30,118 bases of DNA from an uncultured Candidatus Poseidoniales archaeon (GTDB lineage: Archaea; Thermoplasmatota; Poseidoniia; Poseidoniales; CAYMED01), in contig CAYMED010000021.1 in NCBI GenBank assembly GCA_964389655.1, positions 1-30,118 of the forward strand, written 5' to 3'. Positions 8,793 to 18,531 of this stretch are shown piece after piece. Position 1 is the stretch's first letter; every line of letters starts with the position of its first letter. Position numbers and translations under genes: made by a program. Below the pieces are notes generated by a model. That model saw only the letters and a program-made list of their open reading frames with translations. It searched no databases and was not told the DNA's origin.

Positions 8793-8869
8793 ATCTTTGC
8801 GAAAACGATGGAGAAGATGAAGACAACGACAGCCACCACGGTCATGGGCCTACTGCCTTTGGGCGAGGT

Positions 8870-9817
8870 ATGGCGCCCCTCTACCCTCCACTTGAGCCCG
8901 CTGATTCTGGCGAAATACCCGTATCTGGAATCCATCGCATCCACTGGGAACGTTCAGGAAACCTAGATGGAATTCCCGTAGTTGTACTTCATGGTGGTCC
9001 AGGGGCCGGAAGCCACCCCTCATACCGGCAATATTTTGATCCTGAGAAATGGAACATTATTCAATTTGATCAACGTGGTTGTGGAAATTCAACACCATTT
9101 GCTGAACTTGCAGGAAACACCACACATGATTTGATCAGCGATATCGAAGCAGTTAGAATTCATCTTGGAATTGGGACGTGGGCCGTCTTCGGTGGCTCTT
9201 GGGGGTCTACGCTGGCGCTCTGCTATGCGATCGAGTTTCCCGAACGAATACGCACCATGTTTCTTCGCGGAATCTTCATGTGCCGTCGGTCAGAACTTCA
9301 ATGGTTCTATCAAGAGGGTGCATCACACATCTACCCAGATGCTTTTGAACCATATCGGAACCATATTCCTGTAGACGAACAGCATGACCTCATCAAAGCC
9401 TATCATGTGCGACTGACATCAGAAGATGAGAAAGTAAGGCTTGCAGCTGCGGAACACTGGACTCGCTGGGAGATGACGACAAGCAAACTCATTCCAAATA
9501 GTGAAGAATTAGCTAAAACGATTGATGCACACTTTGCGCTGCCCTTTGCTAGAATTGAGAATCATTACTTCATGAACAATGCATTTCTAGAAGATAAACA
9601 TGTTCTCAGACATGTCGAACGATATCGGCATATTCCCAGCGTGATTGTGCAAGGGCGGTACGATGTAGTTTGTCCTGCGAAAAGTGCATGGGAGTTGCAC
9701 AAAGCATGGCCAGAATCAGAATTCCACATCATCCAGGACGCTGGTCATTCAGTATCTGAGCCTGGGATCGCTGCACGCCTAATCGAAGCAACAAATGCTT
9801 TTGCTGATCGAAATTGA
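8870..9817 (+). CDS. pip: Proline iminopeptidase (peptidase S33, alpha/beta hydrolase)
   Basis: LYPPLEP N-terminus, HGGPG, FDQRGCG, GGSWG nucleophile, GRYD, AGH. The true start is probably ATG 8870; the ORF-track extension from 8663 overlaps the OsmC gene. Confidence 0.93.
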   Translation: MAPLYPPLEPADSGEIPVSGIHRIHWERSGNLDGIPVVVLHGGPGAGSHPSYRQYFDPEKWNIIQFDQRGCGNSTPFAELAGNTTHDLISDIEAVRIHLGIGTWAVFGGSWGSTLALCYAIEFPERIRTMFLRGIFMCRRSELQWFYQEGASHIYPDAFEPYRNHIPVDEQHDLIKAYHVRLTSEDEKVRLAAAEHWTRWEMTTSKLIPNSEELAKTIDAHFALPFARIENHYFMNNAFLEDKHVLRHVERYRHIPSVIVQGRYDVVCPAKSAWELHKAWPESEFHIIQDAGHSVSEPGIAARLIEATNAFADRN

Positions 9818-10810
9818 TCATGAAGAAATCATGGGTCTAGATGATCCGCAAGATGGACACTGCTGCGCACCTTCATCCCCATATTCATGTTTACACGCAG
9901 GACAAATAGAAGTGAGTACCATTTGCCCACCCTCAACTAGACTCTCGGTTTTTTCGACCGAACTCAGAACGAGGCGTCCTTTTGATAAGTCATCGACAGA
10001 ATATCTCCCAGCCCCTCCCATTTCGATAAGTATGTCAGGGGGGAAAGTAACTGTCCCCAAGTCATCTACAATTAATTCCCGTGAATCACCGAGGTCTGAT
10101 ACATCAAGTTGTGCGCCATGTTGGGCGACAAATCGCCCATCCCGCAACTCAAGAGAGCGTCCGCATATATCTGCAACTTCACGGTTGTGAGTAACAAGTA
10201 GGAATGAGACGTTGTCAACTTCATGTAGGCTTGAAAATAAAGCAAGAACTTCACGGCTCGTAATAGGATCTAGAGCACCTGTCGGCTCATCGGCAAGAAT
10301 CAATCGAGGTTTAGTGATCAGTGCGCGAGCAATCGCTGTGCGCTGTTGTTCACCGCCTGAGAGAAGAGCGGGGCGTGCGTTCATGCGCGCACCAAGACCG
10401 AGTTTCGTTAGCAATTCACTTGCACGGTTTTTTGCTTCTTTGGGTGGTATTCGTTGGTGCCGGAGGGGTTGCGCAACGTTGTCTAATGCAGATAAATGGG
10501 GCAAGAGATTTCCTTCTTGAAAGATAAATGACACCATTCGCTGGCGTACTTCAACCAATTCCTTCCCAGTCAGTCGAGTTAGATTCTCACCACCTATTCG
10601 AACCATTCCTGCTGATGGTTTCATTAAGCCACCAAGGCATTTGAGCAGAGTGGATTTTCCAGAACCAGACGGTCCTACAACGGCGACTGCTTCACCTTCT
10701 TTAATGCTTATTTGAAGGCCGCGTAGGGCAACAACATTCCCATCTTCCGCTCTTGATTCATAGATATGATAGAGACTATCTGCTTCAAGAATTGGAGTAT
10801 CACCCACCAT
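9818..10810 (-). CDS. LolD/MacB-type ABC ATPase with C-terminal AbrB-like segment and CxxC…CxxC zinc ribbon
   Basis: GPSGSGKS, LSGGEQQR, ADEPTGALD, VTHN. Extension of about 90 aa: RELIVDDLGTVTFPPDIL…CPACKH…CPSCG. Confidence 0.9.
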   Translation of the reverse strand: MVGDTPILEADSLYHIYESRAEDGNVVALRGLQISIKEGEAVAVVGPSGSGKSTLLKCLGGLMKPSAGMVRIGGENLTRLTGKELVEVRQRMVSFIFQEGNLLPHLSALDNVAQPLRHQRIPPKEAKNRASELLTKLGLGARMNARPALLSGGEQQRTAIARALITKPRLILADEPTGALDPITSREVLALFSSLHEVDNVSFLLVTHNREVADICGRSLELRDGRFVAQHGAQLDVSDLGDSRELIVDDLGTVTFPPDILIEMGGAGRYSVDDLSKGRLVLSSVEKTESLVEGGQMVLTSICPACKHEYGDEGAQQCPSCGSSRPMISS

Positions 10811-10813
10811 ACT

Positions 10814-13800
10814 TCATTCCCCCTTGAGTGTAACCGCAAGGTCTGCTTTCAATGCTTGACGGGTCGTCACGAGTAACGCCATAATGACTGTTGTAAGGAC
10901 TGCAAGATACACCAAGGATAATCGAATCCATGGGAATAATATTTCTCGAGATATTGGAGTGGAGTTCCCCCCAAATAATTGGAAAATGAATCCAAAGATT
11001 CCAAAGAAACCATTGAATGCATAGGATATCCCCACGCCAAGTAAGCTGCCTAAAAACATGCTGAAAATCACGATCGAGAGAATTTCAAACAGGACCAATC
11101 TCATCACCTGATTTGGACTGGCGCCTATGGCCTGTAAAATGGCTAATTCTTTCCTACGTTGCGTAAGAACGAGGGTGAGGAAAACAAACGCAGAGGCAAC
11201 TGCCGCAAGGGAGGCAACAACAAACTGCAATGTTAGAAGGCCAGGTGTCCCAAAAATGAGACCCCCATTTCGTTCTACATCTTCGTGCGAGGTTTTCCAA
11301 TCCGATACTGACGATATATTCGATTGTGTGGATATTTGCGAACTCAATCGTTTCAGAACGCTACCATCATCTTTCGATGCCAAAGCACCAACATCGAAGA
11401 ACCATTTTGTTGCAGTTAAGTTATTGGCTACATCTGTCCCAACCAGCTGTCGCCACACGGATTCACCAATGACCAAAGATGTTTGAGCTTCTGAATTATC
11501 AAGGCCAGGTACCCAGCGATGTTGGCCCATGAATTCAACAGTAGCATTGCGCGTGGTTGTTTCGATCTTAAATTCAAGAGGTTGCATGGCTAAGACGATT
11601 TCTTGAGGCCAGAGCATGGCGGGGGCAGGACCTGACGCGCAACCAGATTGATCACTATTTGTTCCATCTGGGCAAGTCGTATTGCTAAGAGTTGATTGAT
11701 TTAAGTCAAAGAATCCCCATGCACCAGAGAGATTCGAATTCGTAAAATTAACACCCGATAACAGATTTGAAGATATGAAAGGGTTGAGTTGATTGAAATC
11801 AGCAATTCCAATTCCAGTTAAATTTGCACCTGATAAATCAAGGCCAAATAAATTGGGTTGAGCGTCTGAAAGACCAAAACCAATTACAGCACCAACAAGG
11901 GACGTATTGGTGAAATTTGAGCCACTGAGGTTGGTATCAAAAAGATTTGAGCCACTGAAATTGAAACCTGCCCAGGTATCTGTATTGCTCAGATCTTTTC
12001 CGGAATAATTCGGTGATAAATCAAGAGCAGAAATGCCTTGAGCAAAGGAAGAAAGGAGATCTATTTGCTGCTGGTCAACTGGGATCGCGACAAAATTGTC
12101 CTCATCATAAGTCAACGTTTGAATTTGATCATCATCATTTGAAACCGCTTTGCCACGACCAACTTCTCGCGAGAGCTCAAGCGTAATTGCTGCTGATTCA
12201 CCCGCTGTGAAAGATGTCGTTTTCCAACCTTCAAAAGCTGCTTCTTGATCTTGATTTGGAACTGCTTGGTTATCCCATATCATGACCTCCTTGTGACTAT
12301 CGAGAAGAACCCATGTTGGTATATTGGATGCTTTTCCATCTATATTTGTAAGAATTGTGGGAACCGTAGTGCTCCCAATTGACATGTCTTTATCCTCTCC
12401 AACTGCAAATATTGCATCCCTTAAACGCTGTTCCGCCACTGATTTGTTGACGCTATCTGTAAATTGAACTTGAAGGTCTGAGCCCACCTGAGCAGATGCT
12501 GTTCGTTCATCAACTAACGTACCAGTTTCCCCCTGCACTGCCGCTAATGTTACAATTGATAGTGTGAGGATCATGATAATAGCGAGACGGTTGACTGATT
12601 CTGCTGAGCCTGACCTTTGCAGGCCACGGCGCACATCTTTCAGCAGCGGTGTCCTACCAAATATTATCTGGGCAATTTTTGGGCCAAGAGAACCAAGGCG
12701 GCCAAGAACTAGAGCACCCCCAATCCAAAGTAAAAACGGACCGAAGATGAATAAAAGCCCGTTAAGGATGAAATTAGAGACGAGGCCATCATCATCCTCA
12801 TCCCAAATGGGATCTGTTGTTTCTATGTAGGCTTCAATCAGGGCAAGAAGCCCAATGAAGAATATGAGGTACTGAAGCCATCGGCGGCCTCCTTCTTTAA
12901 TCACGACTTTCTTGACACCCTCGTCAATTTCCATCTCGAGGAATGAACGTGTTCTAGATCGCCCAAATTGAGCTGCAATGCCAACGACAATGATGAACAA
13001 AATGATCGTCGAAAATACGGAAAGGGATACACTGACATCCAATTGGTCAAGTTTCTCAAATTCCATGAAGCCAACGGCATTCAAAATTAGAGGAACGGAT
13101 GCCAAAGCCAACAAGTAACCGGCAAGCCAAGCAGCTGAGCTCATCACCAATATCTCGAGGAGGACCATTCGCTGGAGGGTTTCGGAAGTTGCGCCAATCA
13201 CCCTTTCAATTGAAATTTCACGGCGACGTTGTTCAAGTGAAAGTAGCATACCATAAGCCAGTACTGAAAGGGAAAGAGCAATAATTGGTACCATGATGAT
13301 GTAGTCAAATATTTGAACAAAGCCAAGGTAAATGTTGAGAAAAGTGAGTGTTCCTGAAATAAGGTCATAGTAGTCAACTTCAATATTCGCGGTGGTGTAA
13401 TTTTTGCCCTCTACATTATTCTCGATATCATCCAACCAATCTGCTGCCGCTGAAGTTGATGAACTAGGTAATTTACTGCGGTCGATTGCAAGAGCGAGAT
13501 ATGCGTGATCATTTTGCATTAGGGTGAGGTTTTGCTCTTCGGTGAGTACAGTTCCTGTGATGAAAATATGATTAAATTGCAGAGCTGGATTCGCTGGTGG
13601 TTGATCTGCATAGATCCCAACAACTGTCAAGTTCAGTAGTGTGATGGTTTCTCGACAATACTGAAAGCCATTCACCCCGGTCCTTATTTCTCCTGAACAA
13701 CTTTCAGGATCAATTTCCGCAGGTAGGGCAGAATAATCACTGACATATGAGAAATCTAACCGGTCAATCGTTTCGTTCTCACTTACTCCTGCCTGAGAAG

Positions 13801-14425
13801 CAACTTGATTGGGAAGAACTACGGCTCGTGAGTTCAAGGCCCGGTCAGGTGTTGGCCATTCACCGTAGAGAATCTCTGCCTGATAGCGGTTAGAAAATTC
13901 ACCGTCCCAACTACTTTCACCAAGAATCCGTACACTTCGTTGCCCATTGATCGGAGGACCAGATTCGAGTTGTTCAGGGTAGTCAAAGGAAACATTCTCC
14001 CAATCTGAAGTGATACCTTCTATGGACTCAACATTTAGAGGTTGAGGGCGTATGAAGTTCTCATCAAAGAATCCGGTTACGCGTATCCCTTGGCGTCCAT
14101 AAACAAGGTCACAATCACTAACTGAAAGAGATTCATCGCTCAGCAAGTCATCACATACGGAAGCCCATTGGATTGAATCATTGGTGCGGCCTGTGACATT
14201 ATCCCCAGGGGGGCGCTTCATGTCCACTTTTGCATCGATCACGTCCGCTTCAATGCCACCGGCAAGAAAAGCCTGAGATAGACCATTACCATAGGCCAAG
14301 ACAGTAGTTACAACAAGAGATGCAAGAAATACGCCAGCAACGATCGCAAGACCGCGCTCTTTCGTCCGCCACGATGAGATCGAAGCAATGCGCAACGAGT
14401 CGATAATCCGATCAAAGGCCTTCAC
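10814..14425 (-). CDS. FtsX/MacB-family ABC permease (duplicated, two large extracellular domains) with pentapeptide-repeat insert
   Basis: Two FtsX signatures (EQRRREISIERVIGAT…LLE and TQRRKELAILQAIGAS…LFE). The GTG start overlaps the upstream ATPase TGA (GTGA). Confidence 0.88.
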   Translation of the reverse strand: MKAFDRIIDSLRIASISSWRTKERGLAIVAGVFLASLVVTTVLAYGNGLSQAFLAGGIEADVIDAKVDMKRPPGDNVTGRTNDSIQWASVCDDLLSDESLSVSDCDLVYGRQGIRVTGFFDENFIRPQPLNVESIEGITSDWENVSFDYPEQLESGPPINGQRSVRILGESSWDGEFSNRYQAEILYGEWPTPDRALNSRAVVLPNQVASQAGVSENETIDRLDFSYVSDYSALPAEIDPESCSGEIRTGVNGFQYCRETITLLNLTVVGIYADQPPANPALQFNHIFITGTVLTEEQNLTLMQNDHAYLALAIDRSKLPSSSTSAAADWLDDIENNVEGKNYTTANIEVDYYDLISGTLTFLNIYLGFVQIFDYIIMVPIIALSLSVLAYGMLLSLEQRRREISIERVIGATSETLQRMVLLEILVMSSAAWLAGYLLALASVPLILNAVGFMEFEKLDQLDVSVSLSVFSTIILFIIVVGIAAQFGRSRTRSFLEMEIDEGVKKVVIKEGGRRWLQYLIFFIGLLALIEAYIETTDPIWDEDDDGLVSNFILNGLLFIFGPFLLWIGGALVLGRLGSLGPKIAQIIFGRTPLLKDVRRGLQRSGSAESVNRLAIIMILTLSIVTLAAVQGETGTLVDERTASAQVGSDLQVQFTDSVNKSVAEQRLRDAIFAVGEDKDMSIGSTTVPTILTNIDGKASNIPTWVLLDSHKEVMIWDNQAVPNQDQEAAFEGWKTTSFTAGESAAITLELSREVGRGKAVSNDDDQIQTLTYDEDNFVAIPVDQQQIDLLSSFAQGISALDLSPNYSGKDLSNTDTWAGFNFSGSNLFDTNLSGSNFTNTSLVGAVIGFGLSDAQPNLFGLDLSGANLTGIGIADFNQLNPFISSNLLSGVNFTNSNLSGAWGFFDLNQSTLSNTTCPDGTNSDQSGCASGPAPAMLWPQEIVLAMQPLEFKIETTTRNATVEFMGQHRWVPGLDNSEAQTSLVIGESVWRQLVGTDVANNLTATKWFFDVGALASKDDGSVLKRLSSQISTQSNISSVSDWKTSHEDVERNGGLIFGTPGLLTLQFVVASLAAVASAFVFLTLVLTQRRKELAILQAIGASPNQVMRLVLFEILSIVIFSMFLGSLLGVGISYAFNGFFGIFGFIFQLFGGNSTPISREILFPWIRLSLVYLAVLTTVIMALLVTTRQALKADLAVTLKGE
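11639..12010 (-). repeat. Pentapeptide-repeat (A[D/N]Lxx-type) coding segment within the permease
   Basis: KDLSN, FNFSG SNLFD TNLSG SNFTN, LDLSG ANLTG, VNFTN SNLSG, capped by NTTCPDGTNSD. A 14-nt exact DNA repeat lies at 11915-11928 and 11945-11958 (30-nt period). Confidence 0.75.
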
Positions 14426-15126
14426 CCTTCTTCACCCCATGCATCTTTGATGTTTGAAGCAAATGTCACGCCATCTCGCAAAAGTAACATCCTATCTGCT
14501 TGCGCAGCAAGGTTTGGGTCATGTGTCACCATAAGAATGGAGATTGGGTCGTCTTTGGAATGGCAAAGATCTTTGAACAATTGAAGAATTTCATTCCCCG
14601 AATGGATATCTAGGTTTCCAGTTGGCTCATCGGCAAGGAGTAAGGGGCGCTGCCCCGCAATTGCACGCGCAATCGCAATGCGTTGCTGTTGTCCACCAGA
14701 CAGTTGGTCGGGAAGATGTTTTGCGCGGTCTATAAGGTCAACTTTTTCAATCGCCCAAGCTGCTTTTTCATCAGCAAGTTCTGCTGACATCCCGGACATT
14801 TCAAGGGCGAGGGCGACATTTTCTAGAGCAGATAAATGTGGGAGAAGGTGAAAATCTTGGAATATCCACCCCACACCATTTCGGCGAATGTCGACGACTT
14901 TAGAAGGAGGGCGAAGCCCATATTCCATCTCATTTAGGGTAATCGAACCCTTGTCACCCTCAAGCAGGCCCCCAATGATATTGAGAAGGGTTGATTTTCC
15001 ACATCCACTAGGACCCATTAATGCAACAAGCTCGCCCTTTTCAATATCCAAATTGATCCCTTTGAGGACTTCAAGTCGGTTTGAGCCAAATCCAAATCCC
15101 TTGGTTAGCCCGTCTACCTTTAGCAT
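14422..15126 (-). CDS. LolD/MacB-type ABC ATPase
   Basis: [29 protein letters not shown]. Confidence 0.93.
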   Translation of the reverse strand: MLKVDGLTKGFGFGSNRLEVLKGINLDIEKGELVALMGPSGCGKSTLLNIIGGLLEGDKGSITLNEMEYGLRPPSKVVDIRRNGVGWIFQDFHLLPHLSALENVALALEMSGMSAELADEKAAWAIEKVDLIDRAKHLPDQLSGGQQQRIAIARAIAGQRPLLLADEPTGNLDIHSGNEILQLFKDLCHSKDDPISILMVTHDPNLAAQADRMLLLRDGVTFASNIKDAWGEEG

Positions 15127-15219
15127 GCGATCACCGATTTCCCGCGGTTCTACAAGCCCTTATCACTGTATGTCTGTGTCAAGTCAGTGGAGTGGGTACA
15201 ATATTTTCAAAAAGGCATT

Positions 15220-16365
15220 CTAACGGCCATTTTTGAGTACTTTATCGTAAATATCCCCAATTCCCTTGGCCCATACCTTAAGGCTGAAAAAAGATGCACG
15301 GGAAATTAATCCCTCATCTGGTATGCGTGGTTTTTCTTTGCGGAGGTGATTGCGTTCAATAATGAGAGAAATGGCATGGACCCACGCACGCTCATCGACT
15401 GGCGATAGCAAACCCGGTAGTTCTCCAATAATTTCAGACTGCGCCGGCAAATCACTGCACAGGATCGGACAGCCCATTGCCATTGCTTCAAGGACGGGTA
15501 CTCCAAAACCTTCTACCCCACTAGGGAAAAGAAGCGCATCTGCAGAACCGAGCATGGCTCGTAATTGAGCATCATCGACGCGACCATGATGGATCATTTC
15601 CAAGTTCAAATCAGCTGAGCGACGGGCAAGTTGAGCAGCAAGTTCGGCATCACTTTCCGCACCAATCCGGTGCAATGTGATCTTTGAGCGTTCTCTACTT
15701 GGAAATACTTCAAAGACATTCATCAGAAAATCCAAGCGCTTCCTTGGTGCTTCACTCCCAACTGTAAGAAAATGAACTCGTCCACGCTCAAAGGGAGAAT
15801 GTTCGACTCGCTCAGGTTTCCAAATATCTAGATCAATGCCATGTGGAAGAACATCAATCGGGACATCGCACAATTGGGGAACGACATTTGCTGTCGCTTT
15901 ACTGATGGCGTGAATACGGTCTGACCTTGCAATCCCGCGGCGAAGGCGGCCACGGTCAAGAAGGCGAAGAAAAGATGGGGGAGGTTCGCCCAATTCAATA
16001 CCCTGAGATCTTGCAGTTTCAAATCCGAGGTCCCAGATGAATAAATCATGCACTGTAAGTAAAACGGGACTTGGTGAATGCTTAGGGATTAGGTGTGCTT
16101 GTTCTTGATCCAATACATGAACAATGCAATTTTGGTGAGAAGAAGTGGCTTTTCTTATCTGATTTCGAACTCTTCTTGGATGCCAAAGGTGGCGTTTCAA
16201 TATTCGGGATGGACCTTGTATGATGGGGTATTCGACAATCCCTGCCAATGTCCACCCCTGGATGAGTTGCTTTTCGAGAGCTGTGCGCACAGTTGTGTGC
16301 CACCCACCTAAGCCACTAGCAGGCCCGAGGGCACCACCGCGCACCAGCAACACACTTCCGCCCAC
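15220..16365 (-). CDS. GT-B fold family 4 (group 1) glycosyltransferase
   Basis: LTVHDL, VGSEAPRK, LLFPSGVEGFGVPVLEAMAMG (E-x7-E motif). Confidence 0.88.
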   Translation of the reverse strand: MGGSVLLVRGGALGPASGLGGWHTTVRTALEKQLIQGWTLAGIVEYPIIQGPSRILKRHLWHPRRVRNQIRKATSSHQNCIVHVLDQEQAHLIPKHSPSPVLLTVHDLFIWDLGFETARSQGIELGEPPPSFLRLLDRGRLRRGIARSDRIHAISKATANVVPQLCDVPIDVLPHGIDLDIWKPERVEHSPFERGRVHFLTVGSEAPRKRLDFLMNVFEVFPSRERSKITLHRIGAESDAELAAQLARRSADLNLEMIHHGRVDDAQLRAMLGSADALLFPSGVEGFGVPVLEAMAMGCPILCSDLPAQSEIIGELPGLLSPVDERAWVHAISLIIERNHLRKEKPRIPDEGLISRASFFSLKVWAKGIGDIYDKVLKNGR

Positions 16366-16388
16366 AGTCGGCGAGAGACGTAACCCCT

Positions 16389-16424
16389 CATGAACGAGAA
16401 GGACTCAAAGCGGTGAAATTGATG
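16389..16424. promoter_or_regulatory. Back-to-back divergent TATA-like elements for the GT4 and HAD/ECH genes
   Basis: TTCATG (minus, 16389-16394) and TTGATG (plus, 16419-16424) each lie exactly 23 nt from their start codons. Confidence 0.55.
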
Positions 16425-16447
16425 AAAGGAGGGCCTGTCCGCCGCCC

Positions 16448-18529
16448 ATGCAACCCATTGAGAGAGTCGCAGTTATCGGGGCCGGGAATATGGGCAGTGG
16501 GATCGCCCAAAAATCTGCTCAAGAACGATTTGCAGTGCAAATGGTTGATCGTGAAAAAAAATGGGTTGAACGAGGACAAGAAACGATTCGAGGATTTCTT
16601 GAAGAGGCTGTCAAAAGACGGATTTTTCACCAAAATGAGGCTGAGCTGATCAAATCTAGGGTTGAGGGAGTGGTAGGAGTAGACCAAGTCGCCGAGAATA
16701 CTGATTTGGTGATTGAAGCTGTCTTCGAGGATTTTGGCATAAAATCTGAAGTGTTTGCAACGCTTGACTCTGTGTGTAGCAAAAATACAATTCTTGCCTC
16801 AAATACATCTTCGCTATCTGTTAATGCGCTTGCAGAAGCAACACTTCGTTCAGACCGATTCATTGGACTACATTTCTTCTACCATCCAGCAAAAAACAGG
16901 CTTGTTGAAGTCATACCTGCTGAAACCACGTCTCGTGAAACCATTAATCGAGTTGTACAATATTGTAAGATGCTTGGAAAGGTAGTGATTGTGTGTAAAG
17001 ATCGGCCGGGGTTTGTTGTAAATCGCTTCTTTGTTCCATGGCTAAATGAGGCATGCCGGCTTCTTGAAGAAGGAATTGCAACCACGGCTCAAATTGATTC
17101 AATTGCGTGTGAAGCATTCCAAATTGCTATGGGGCCTTTTGCATTGATGAATCTAACAGGACCCCCAATTGCACTTCACTCGACAGATTATTTGTCTGAA
17201 CAACTTGAGTGTCCACGTTATCGCGGTGCAGAAAATTTGCGCATGCTCGTCGAAAATGGAGAAACATGGGAAATCAGAGATTCGGAGGCTTGTGATGAAC
17301 AAACAAGCACGCTTGTTAAAGAGCGCCTTTTAGGACAAATATTTGCTGTTGCCGCTCAAATCGCTGACGAGAAGATCTGCTCGATAGAAGACGTCGATCG
17401 CGGCGCAAAAGTAGGACTTAGGTGGTTTGTTGGACCTTTTGAATTGATGAATGAAATTGGTATTTCTGAGGCTTACCGCATGGCTGATGCCTATGCCAAA
17501 TTATGTGGAAATAAATTTGTCCTGCCCTCATTTTTCTCAGAAAAATCAAGAGAAGGAGATGAGTTTTTATTTCGCTATATCGACATAAATGTGGAAAACT
17601 CCATTGCAACAATACGGCTAAATCGGCCTGAAGCAATGAATGCACTGAATCAAGAACTAATTGAGCAATTAGGTGAGGCTCTTGATGACCTGAATATGAG
17701 AGAAGACATCTCAGCAATTGTCCTAGAAGGGGCTGGAAAGGCCTTTGTTGCAGGAGCAGATGTAAAATTCTTCGTAGATAAAATTCGTAGTGATTCACTG
17801 ACGGATATCAAAGAATTTACACTGCTCGGCCATGAGGTTTTCGCGAAACTCGAAGAGAGCCCTAAAACGACAATTGCACTTGCGACTGGTCTTGCTCTTG
17901 GTGGGGGACTAGAACTTGCCCTAGCATGTGATTATCGCATTGGCACACGCAGGACACAATTCAGGTTTCCCGAAACAAGCATAGGAATCTACCCTGGACT
18001 AGGGGGCACTCAGCGCACGCCGCGTATTTGTGGTGCCGAAGCAGCACGATGGGCTGTTCTCGGAGGGAATTTCGTAGATCCTGAAACGGCAAATGCATTG
18101 GGCTTGTTAACACACCTTGTAGATCCATCTGAACTCGGAATAACAATATCCAACATTGTAAATGAAGGAAAGCCAGCGAACAAATATCCCGGCGAGCCTG
18201 TTGATGCTCAACATCCAGTAACTTCCTTTGCGGCGTCATTTTATGGTCACGAGAACCTTCCTGTATTGATGGAGGGAGGATGTCCCGAGGGTTTTGACGC
18301 AGAAGATAAGAATGTGGTTCGACAGTTGCGCGCATTGAATCGAGCCGCACCCATTGCCCTGAGAATGGCAAATGAGCTCATTGAGGGAGCAGACAGAACT
18401 GGCACTGATTTGACAGCAGGGCTCGCATTAGAACTCAATGGCTTGAATACAATTTTTGGAACAGAAGATGCACTTGAAGGGCTATCGGCGCTTATCGAAG
18501 GACGACGTCCCAGTTTCATGAACAAATGA
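16448..18529 (+). CDS. Bifunctional 3-hydroxyacyl-CoA dehydrogenase / enoyl-CoA hydratase (HAD N-terminal, crotonase C-terminal)
   Basis: GAGNMG, IEAVFE, LASNTSSL, GLHFF, PGFVVNR, followed by LNRPEAMNALN, AFVAGAD, GGGLELALACD, FPE…G…PGLGGTQR. Confidence 0.93.
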   Translation: MQPIERVAVIGAGNMGSGIAQKSAQERFAVQMVDREKKWVERGQETIRGFLEEAVKRRIFHQNEAELIKSRVEGVVGVDQVAENTDLVIEAVFEDFGIKSEVFATLDSVCSKNTILASNTSSLSVNALAEATLRSDRFIGLHFFYHPAKNRLVEVIPAETTSRETINRVVQYCKMLGKVVIVCKDRPGFVVNRFFVPWLNEACRLLEEGIATTAQIDSIACEAFQIAMGPFALMNLTGPPIALHSTDYLSEQLECPRYRGAENLRMLVENGETWEIRDSEACDEQTSTLVKERLLGQIFAVAAQIADEKICSIEDVDRGAKVGLRWFVGPFELMNEIGISEAYRMADAYAKLCGNKFVLPSFFSEKSREGDEFLFRYIDINVENSIATIRLNRPEAMNALNQELIEQLGEALDDLNMREDISAIVLEGAGKAFVAGADVKFFVDKIRSDSLTDIKEFTLLGHEVFAKLEESPKTTIALATGLALGGGLELALACDYRIGTRRTQFRFPETSIGIYPGLGGTQRTPRICGAEAARWAVLGGNFVDPETANALGLLTHLVDPSELGITISNIVNEGKPANKYPGEPVDAQHPVTSFAASFYGHENLPVLMEGGCPEGFDAEDKNVVRQLRALNRAAPIALRMANELIEGADRTGTDLTAGLALELNGLNTIFGTEDALEGLSALIEGRRPSFMNK

Positions 18530-18531
18530 GG

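Noticed and set aside
8663-8869. N-terminal His-rich extension (QHHHHHR…HHGHG) on proline iminopeptidase
   Set aside because: It overlaps the opposite-strand OsmC gene and the promoter region. Family homology starts at MAPLYPP (8870).
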